Shown here: piece after piece, positions 37,901 through 46,900 of the stretch
How positions within the stretch are numbered: the stretch's first letter is position 1
Layout: the number at the start of each line of letters is the position of its first letter
Assembly (NCBI GenBank): GCA_965637545.1
Contig: OZ281499.1
Coordinates: 16,182,001 to 16,246,000, forward strand
DNA length: 64,000 bases
Source of the DNA: Phallusia mammillata
Taxonomy: Eukaryota
Direction: 5' to 3'
The notes under the pieces: generated by a model
Database searches by the model: none
Seen by the model: the letters and a program-made list of their open reading frames with translations, nothing else
What the model was told of the DNA's origin: nothing
Program-made: the position numbers and the translations under genes

Positions 37901-40900
37901 CTCGAAAAGTTTGTTATTTTGTCTATTGTGTTTTAATCAACTTCCATTGTGTTTTTAATCAAACTCGTGCCTAAATCAATAACTATTTGTTCGTGCTAAG
38001 GTTGCAGGCTTGGTCTTTGTAGACGTAGGCTAAATACCTTTTCGTGAAATTAAAACTAACTCTACTAAATCCTACATTTTAAATTTCCTTCATAATTGTA
38101 GTAATGGCAATACAAAACATATATACGGACCTAATTTCAGGTTTATGACTCTGGCATTTTTGTACAGCTGATTCTTATGAACGATGTAATGCAATAAACA
38201 TTTATGTAATCCCTCTTCTCGTCTTTTAACATTTAAGTATTTACCTCAATGTTTTGGCAGGGAAAAGCGAGTACTTAAGCTTAACGACAGAGCAGTAAGA
38301 ACTTCTCTTCGCTTGGGAAACTCCTTTATCGCCTACCACCTCAGAAGGGTAAGTATTGTTAGCAAATGTAGTAACAGTAGCAAATTCGTACTTTACCCCT
38401 TTCAATAAAGAAATCTACTAACACCATAACTCACGGCAGCCGCATTTAGCTAAATTTCGATAGGTGACGCAAAGAGCACAAAAACCTATTTAAAACAGTA
38501 TATTTCAAAAAATCTGACGGTTAGGGCTATTAGGGTTGGGGTAAGGCATTGCCATTAGAAATTCAATACAACTAACTTGAAAATTAGGTTCCTAATGCAA
38601 AAGTTTCAAAAACTTGCTTCACCCTAACCCTTTTTTAGCCGCTAAATTAACAATTCATTATTGCGCAACCTATCGAAATTTAAGGTCCGCCGTGAGGTGT
38701 TAATATAGCTTTATTTGTAATAAATCTCTTTATCTTACAGATCCATAGCACAACTGCAAGTCCAATCACCTTAACAGCGGCAGCACTCGCTACTTTTCGT
38801 ACGTCGGGGAGCAGCTCCCGTATTCTTCCCACACTTGATCGAACCATACTCACTTTCCGGCAAACTGAAACTTTCGATTCGGTGGTCACGTGGTACATTA
38901 ACGTGAGTGCAAACTTTTTCAGCATTATGCGCTTCAGTAAATTCTCTTCGGAGTCTGATTAGTAAGTTGTTATATAGGCAGTGGTGAGATTCAGCCGGTT
39001 CGCACCGGTTCTATAGAACCGTCTCATGAAATGTTATGAAATCAGCGAACCGGATAGCATTACTGGTTACTGTTGATGGACTTTTTGTAACAGAACCGGC
39101 TGAAAATATGACTTTTGTGATAGAACCGACTGAAAAAAAAAAAAATGAATCCCACCTCTGTAGTGGGTCGTTAGCACTTGTGATCCCAATAGCTTGTATG
39201 TAAATGCCACAAGTAGTAAGCTGAAAAATACTGATACTTGATGATATAATTCTGGATGATTGATTTCAAGCGTCTAAGATAATTTTGCATACACTTTAAT
39301 GTAGCTGCAAACTAAAATGATGAGAATTTTTTTCTGTTACAAATTTAGTTGTTAATGTGTGTTATTTCGTATACGAACGTAATTATAAACTAAGAATTAA
39401 TACAGACGAATCTGGTTAAGAGCATCACCATTTTGTCAAGCGTTTTTATGCAATTATCCGGATTATGCGATAATTTGGACGATTTTCCTAACAAATATCT
39501 TCAGTTAGGATTAACGATCTATATGCATCAGGTAAACAGATTGAGAATGGGGTCTATGCTTTGGAAATTAGTCATGCATACGTATTGCAAAAATTAAATA
39601 AATTAATTGGGGTTATTTTGTGTTAACGTTCAGTCGAACGGAAGGAGTACAGCGGCTGGAAGTTTAACAGCCAAGCAGGAAATACAGATGGCGTCCGCTA
39701 CAGTCGAAGCTACCGCATACCAACTACAACTAACTGCGTTAAGAGGTGGCCGAGTCGGTAAAACGTTTGTGTATTGACTTTACAAATGCCTAACTGGAAG
39801 TGTAACTTAGTAACATACTTTACCAATATCGAATGTAAAAATGGCGATTTTATGTTTTCCTGATTTGTAGACATTTCCTCTTTTCAAAGGCTAATTTGAA
39901 AATGCGAAGAAACTTATCTGGGGCACGTTTTTATCTCATATTAAGTTGTAAATTCTTTTTTTTCCCCCGCGACTGCTCAATTTAGATGTACTTATTACTT
40001 TGTGCTTTTAAAGTGTGTTTCAAAATTGAAAATTGTTACAGAATTATGCTACACATCTTTGGCTGGCATAGGCCTTTAATACACACTTAGATTTAAACAA
40101 GAATCACACGTTGCTGTATCGTTTATAAGGTTTTTCAAGTGAGAAGTATGCAAACTGGTTGTTTAAAAAACGAGATGCGAACAACCACTGGGTGACGCTG
40201 CGGGACGGTATAGCAGCAATGCAAGCACTAGGCGCTTACGTGGCAAGAAATACTGTGGCCAGTCCACTCCGTGTTGAAGTAAGAACATATTTAATTTTTG
40301 ATATTATATTTCCTTATAGTAGTTTTGTTGCAAGTACATCTATATTTTTTGACAAACTCAGTTTTGTATTTACTTTTAAATTTTATTGAAACAAGTTTAA
40401 AGTAAAATATTAAGTTTTTAGTTTGACAAAACATTGTATTTATTTTTAAATCGAATTAAAACAAATTTGCATTAGAAAATAAAGGTTGTTTATCAGTTTT
40501 GACATATCTGTATTCTTTACAGACGTTTTGTTTAACCATCAGTATTTAATTTGTGTAAACTGTAAGTAACATTTGTTATTAGTATTGTCCACTTAATATT
40601 GACAGATAAAGACAAAAAATACCAAGCATTGCGTCTAAAAATAATACTTTTGCAGCTTGAAAATCCAGAAAGTTCTGCGCCAGTGGTCATCAATCCTGAC
40701 CACGTCGAACGCCAGGGGGCGACCGAGAGTCGTGTTTCGCTTCCTGTCACAAACAACGAGGTTTCCATGACAACTGTTGGCCGTGGACAAGCCTGGTTAG
40801 AGGTAACTACCCACTTTATATTTTTCCTTAACATCTTATTATTTGCCGTCTTTAGTTCTTTAGGTCGTTAAAACGTGTTTAGACCAGTGGTTGTCAAATT

Positions 40901-43900
40901 TTGCGCCAACGTCCACCTGGTGTCATTAGCAATCGTAAATAGTAGAGGTGAACTTATCCGAATTGTGCAGGGCACCTAAAAACTTCATTGGGATTCGTCT
41001 TTGGGTGCGTCGTGGGTTCGAACTCCGTGAAAAAATTGAAATGGGCTAAAGGGGCAGGGGAAAAATCGTTTGGAAAATATATCTTTAAACGTACAATCTA
41101 TGTTATTTGCGTAAATGTTTTTACCATATAAGATACTTTTTGCTTGAAACTCTGAACTGATAATCTGGCATTATTGTCCGTAAAAATATTTAAGTTTTGT
41201 TAGGAAAGGGGAATTTTTAATTCAACTATCCTGTTTAGGGTTCGGTATAAAACTATTTAAAAATTAAGCGGTCCAGAAAAAGAGTGAGAACCACGTGTTT
41301 AAATAAACACTTTTATTTACATTCCTGCTAATTATGTCTTTAAACTATTCAGCTACACCCAAAATATTTTTTATATTTGGTTACATTTCATTTAGCTCCT
41401 ACCTTTCATAGGGTCGGAAAATCTGCCTAGAGTATTTTGCCAGACATAAAATGTTTACCAAACGTGGTTTAAATGTTTAAATAATGTCACATATTTTGTA
41501 GCTTGACATGGAATACAACGTTGCAACGCCTAACGTAAGGTCAGCCGGACGACCTTCAACATTTTCATCTGTTGACTCCAGTGATTCTTTTCAGTCTGTG
41601 GTCAGTGTTTGCCCGTACGATCTGTCAGTCGAAGCCCAGAATATTCCACCACTGGCTGAATGTAAGTTAAAAAATCAATGCTGGTTTATTTAAGTTGCTA
41701 GCAGATGCTTCCAGGTTTTACTTGTTAAGGAGATTTATTACTAAAAACTGTTTGGCCTACAGGAGGAATAGTATCAATTAAAGCCTTTTTTCGGAATAGA
41801 TGTAATTCTCAGATCCTAATTTGATAAAACTAAAGCATACACCTGTTTTTGTTATTTATTTCCTCACAGAATAGCTCACAAAATTAGATAGGAATCAAAT
41901 AAAAGTCATTTACAAATCGGTGGTAAAATATTATTATTCTTCAGTATTGGTTTAAGTTAAACTTTTTTTTGCAGTTTCATCTGTGGGGACAGCCAGGTTG
42001 AGATCATCGCAAGCTCGGATAAGTAAAAGTCTTTACGTTCTCGATGTTAACGTGAGTTACATAAACCCAACTACAAGTGAAGAGGATGGGATAAGCACTT
42101 ATGTAGTGGACGTGGGCTTGGGATCCGGTGTCGAACCTTTCCTTGATGACCTTGAAATGGTAAGTTTCGATCAGTTAGTAACAAAGATAAAGATTTATTT
42201 TGCTGATCACATCTTGTATCTTTGCATTTCTTTGTATTGGTTGGTGTAGCCATCTAACGGCACTCCAGTTTGTTGGGAGTAACGTGTTGAAAAGCCCTGT
42301 TTCACCAATTCTGTTGACTGACACAACTAAGCATAAACCACAAGGGAAACTGGGCAAAAACAACCAGCTACACTGATGAGACCTTATAGGTCGAAACAGT
42401 GTGCACTGTCTGCGGCTTACTTATCATTTATTGGTTTAATAATTATTTATGTTGTATTTCTTTGTATTGTTCGCTCGAAGAGTAAAATAGAATGATTAAC
42501 GAATAAATGAAACAAGCATTTATAGCTTGGATAATTGGCAATTTACATAGCACACACGAATAGTAATCACCACAAGCAAAATAGTAATGAATGCGGTACA
42601 ATTAACGAATCACGTGACTGTGGAATGCGCGTACGCGATTACTGCCTGAAGGACAGTACATGAAGCGGAACCACAACACCTCCCCTTCGAAGATCAGAAT
42701 CCCCCCTCAGATTAGAAGTGAAATCGCTCGGGAGGTTTACGCGACCTCTTAGTTCGTCGTGGATTGTCGGGACCGAATGAAGGAGAGCTACGATTCAGTG
42801 GCATGTCTGAATCTGCACCAGCAGTAGGAGCCTGCGGAATACTTTCTTCCGCTCCCGGTTCCAAATCCTCGTCGGACGCGTATCGAGCGCGTAGTTGGTC
42901 GATATGACGTCTCCAATTTGGACCACGTGGAAGAACTTTAACATGAAATGTACGACTTCCACACAGTTTAATAATCGTGGCAGGAACCCAGCGAGCATCC
43001 TCGGTACGTCTTGGACCAAGATACAAAGCGTAACATGGGTCTCCAATGTTGAAAGAAGTGATGTTCACGGGTTTTCGTGTTGCTTGCACTTGCTTACGTT
43101 GCATCAGGTGTGCTGGCGAAGGCAACAGAGTATCTATTTTCGCCCGAATTTGTCTGCCGTTAAGTAGTTCACTTGGTGAAAATCCACTGGCGTTTGGAAT
43201 ACGCCTGTATTGCAGTAGAAACTCTTGCAACGCCTCTTTAGGAGGTTTAGAAGACTTCTTAAGTGCCTTTTTGAAAGTTTGCACTAATCGTTCTGCAGCG
43301 CCATTTGTAGCAGGAAAGTACGGAGCTCCGGTCAGATGAACGATGCCCCTTTGTTTACAGAAGTCTTGAAATTCGGCAGACATAAAAGCTTGCGCATTGT
43401 CGGAAACAATAGTATGAGGGTAACCGAAATGGGCAAAATCTTGTTCCAACAACTCCATAGTTGTTCTCGATGACATAGATTGCGTTTGGTGTATACACGG
43501 GTATTTTGAGTGAGCATCTATCATCACAAGCCAGTTACTTCCCAGAAAGTTAACTGCGTGATCGATGTGTAAGCGACTCCATGGCTTTTCCGGCATCATC
43601 CATGGATGTACAGGTGCCTTTGGCGGAGCGTTTTGATGTTCAGCACAAGTCTGGCACTTGTGGCAAAGAACAGTAATGTCGTCATCGATATTTGGCCAAT
43701 AGACTGCAGTTCTTGCCAGTTGCTTCATTCGTTGAATCCCAAAATGTCCTTGATGAAGGATCTGAAGAACAGCAGAACAAAGTGATTCCGGTATAACCAA
43801 CCGTGAACCATACAGTAGACACCCATAACTGGTGCTCAACGAATCCATAACCTTGCGAAACTTTGCAACTGGATCGTTGTATGCAATAGTAGATGGCCAA

Positions 43901-46900
43901 CCTTCTCTCGTAAAACGCATGACTTTGGATAAGGTTGGATCTTTTCCACTTTCCTTTCGTAGTAACGCTGAATCGGTGGGTTGCACTTGTAAACTAAGAC
44001 TGGTAATTGCACAAACAGTGTCGGTGTCATGTGCACTTTCCTCCCTGTCGAAGTCAGCATCCTCACCAACTGGTAACCGACTGAGTGCATCGGCATTTTG
44101 ATGTTGCGATGTCTTTCGATATTCAATGGCGTATTGAAATTGGCCAAGAAAAAGTGCCCACCTTGCTAAGCGATTTGCAGCTAGAGCAGGCGTAGCTTTA
44201 TTAGGACAGAATAATGCCAGCAGTGGCTTGTGGTCTGTCAGTAGAATAAATTTCCTACCATATATATATTGGTAGAATTTCTTCAGCGCAAAGATTATAG
44301 CGAGAGCCTCTTTCTGAATTTGGCTGTAGTTGCGCTGGCTTTTAGTTAGTGATTTGGATACGTTGGCAATTGGTCTCTCGCTTCCATCTTGATAGCGGTG
44401 AAACAAAACTGCTCCAATTCCAACATTTGATGCATCGCAGGAAATGCCAATAGGTAAAGTAGGGTCAAAATGTGTCAGAACTGTATCAGCTGACAGCAAT
44501 TCTTTCATTTTGCAAAATGCAGCTTGCTCGTTAGGACCCCATTCCCATGCAATGTTTGACCGGGTAAGTCTGTACAGTGGTTCTGCAACGCTGGAAAATT
44601 GTGATGGCAGAAACTTGCTGTAGAATTGAACGGAACCAAGGAAAGAACGTAAGTTTGAGACATCTTTTGGTGATGACATATTAATAACGGCATCCACCTT
44701 AGAACCTTTGGAAATGCCATCTTTTGACAAAATATGACCCAAGTATTCCACTTGAGGTAACGCAAATTTACATTTTTCCAAACGACAGCGTAGACCTTTG
44801 TCGTTAAGCCGTTGAAGAAGTTGGCGAAGATTGTAAACATGCTCTTCAGCCGTTGATCCGCTAACTAAAAGATCATCGAGATAAACTGTAACACCTTGTA
44901 GATCGCTTGTAATCTCTTCCATGATTGATTGAAAATAACCAGGAGCAGATGTTATACCGAATGGTAAAACATTTTGCAGTAGCACCCCACGGTGTGTACT
45001 AATAGCTAGTCGCTTTCGGCTCTCTGGTCCCAACCGGATTTGGTTGTAGGCATCAGCTAAATCAATCTTTGTAAAACCGTAACCACCACGCAACTTGCGC
45101 ATCAAGTCTTCTGGAAGAGGAAGTGGATGGCGGTGTGTAGATAACTGCGGGTTAACTGTTACAGAATAGTCTCCGCAAACTCGTATCTTGGCTTTACTTT
45201 GTGCGGGAAGTGGTGTCTTTCGTATAGGAACTACTGGAGTCCCCCACTCGTTAAATTTTGCCGGAGTCCAAATACCTTTTGCGATGCCAGCATCGTATGC
45301 TTGATTGACGTCATCCTGTAGAGCAAATGGAACAGGCCTTGGCTTGCAGAAAACAGGCTTTACGTCTTTGGTGAATTTTACTTCCAGTGCAAAATCCTTC
45401 AAACACCCCAAATCTTCCTTGAAAAGGTCTGGATATTCCTCGCAAAGCTTTTTGCAAGCACGTTGTAATGATGCGTCTGCTTGGTTGCTGGCGTCAGATA
45501 ATACGTTTACCTTATCGTCGGTACGATAAAGTAACTTGTCCAATGATATGCGCAACGCCTCGATTCCACATCGACCAAGTAAATTTAAATGCGGCATTTC
45601 GGAAACAAACATCGTAAGACTACATGTTGTTGTCCTATGTTTGACTTCAGCTTCGAATGCGCCCAGTATCGGCACCAGATGTTCCGTTGCAGAGTTGAAA
45701 CGCTGATTGGTTTCCTTCAAACTCGGTTTCCCAATTTTCTTCCAGAAATTTACAGAAATAAAATTTCCGCTTGTTGCTGTGTCAATCTCTAACAGACAAG
45801 CTTTACCGTTTATGTTGACGGTTACCTCGAGTTTTGGACTAATATCTGCTTCTGGCTTCATCGAAAGTAGCGAATTTACATGTTGAACTGGCAAAACAGA
45901 CGCTTGTTTCTTTCTGCAAACAATTTCCAAATGGCCTATACGTTTACAGAATTTGCAAGTGGCTCTTTTATAACGGCAATCGGGTGCCAGGTGATCAGGT
46001 TTTCCACATCGGTAACAAGTTGTATTCTTTCTAAACTTGTCAATTGTAGGTGTGGACGTATTGAAACCTTTCTTTGCATCCCGTACCTTGTGTACCGATC
46101 CGCGAGTTCCATACACGGTTTCCTTTGCAACCTTTGCAGCGTCTTCGGTTTGCATTGCAACTTCAATAGCACGTGTAAATGTCAACTCATCGGCGTTGAT
46201 TTTGAAGATTGCCTTTAGCACTGCTTCGTTACCTATAGAGCAAATGAACCTTGTACGCAACGCTTCGTCCAGCGGGTCTTTAATTGAAGGAAAATCGCAC
46301 GTGCCTGCGTCGTGACGAATGCGTGCAGCTAACTCTTGCACTGTTTCCCCGGGCTTGCGTTGCATGTTGCTCCAAAACTTAAAGCGTTCCCGTATAACAA
46401 ACCTTTTCGGATCGAACTGTTCCTTCATGAAACCTTCAATTTCTTTGATTGAAAGATCGTTCACAGTCTTGACTGGAGAGCTTTGACCAGCCAGATTGGA
46501 TAGAAGCTTGTACGTCACAGGGGTTTGATTGGTGAGAAAAACTTGAGCCATCCTCGTTTCTGGTACAGCATGTGCTTGTATAAACGTTGTAAACCTCGAC
46601 CAGTAGTCGTCCCACAGCTCCGATGTTGAGTCGAATGAGGCAAAGCTTGGCGTAGCAACGGAAGGTGCAGCGTTTTGACTGGAACCGGCTTTCTCAACTA
46701 AGGCGAGAATTAGCTTCATTTGTTCATCGTGGCGTCTTTGCTGCTCTTGTAGTTGTTCTTGCATCAGCTTTGCAATTTTCTCCATCTTCGAAAGAACTAT
46801 CTTCGATACCAAACTGCGTACAACGTGTTCAGTTGGTAGATCCCGTCCTCGTCGCCAATTAACTCTGTTGTATTTCTTTGTATTGTTCGCTCGAAGAGTA

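Noticed and set aside
42795-46862. Short ORFs overlapping the gag-pol ORF in other frames or strands
   Set aside because: Shadow ORFs of a GC-richer coding region; no env-like or other recognisable product.
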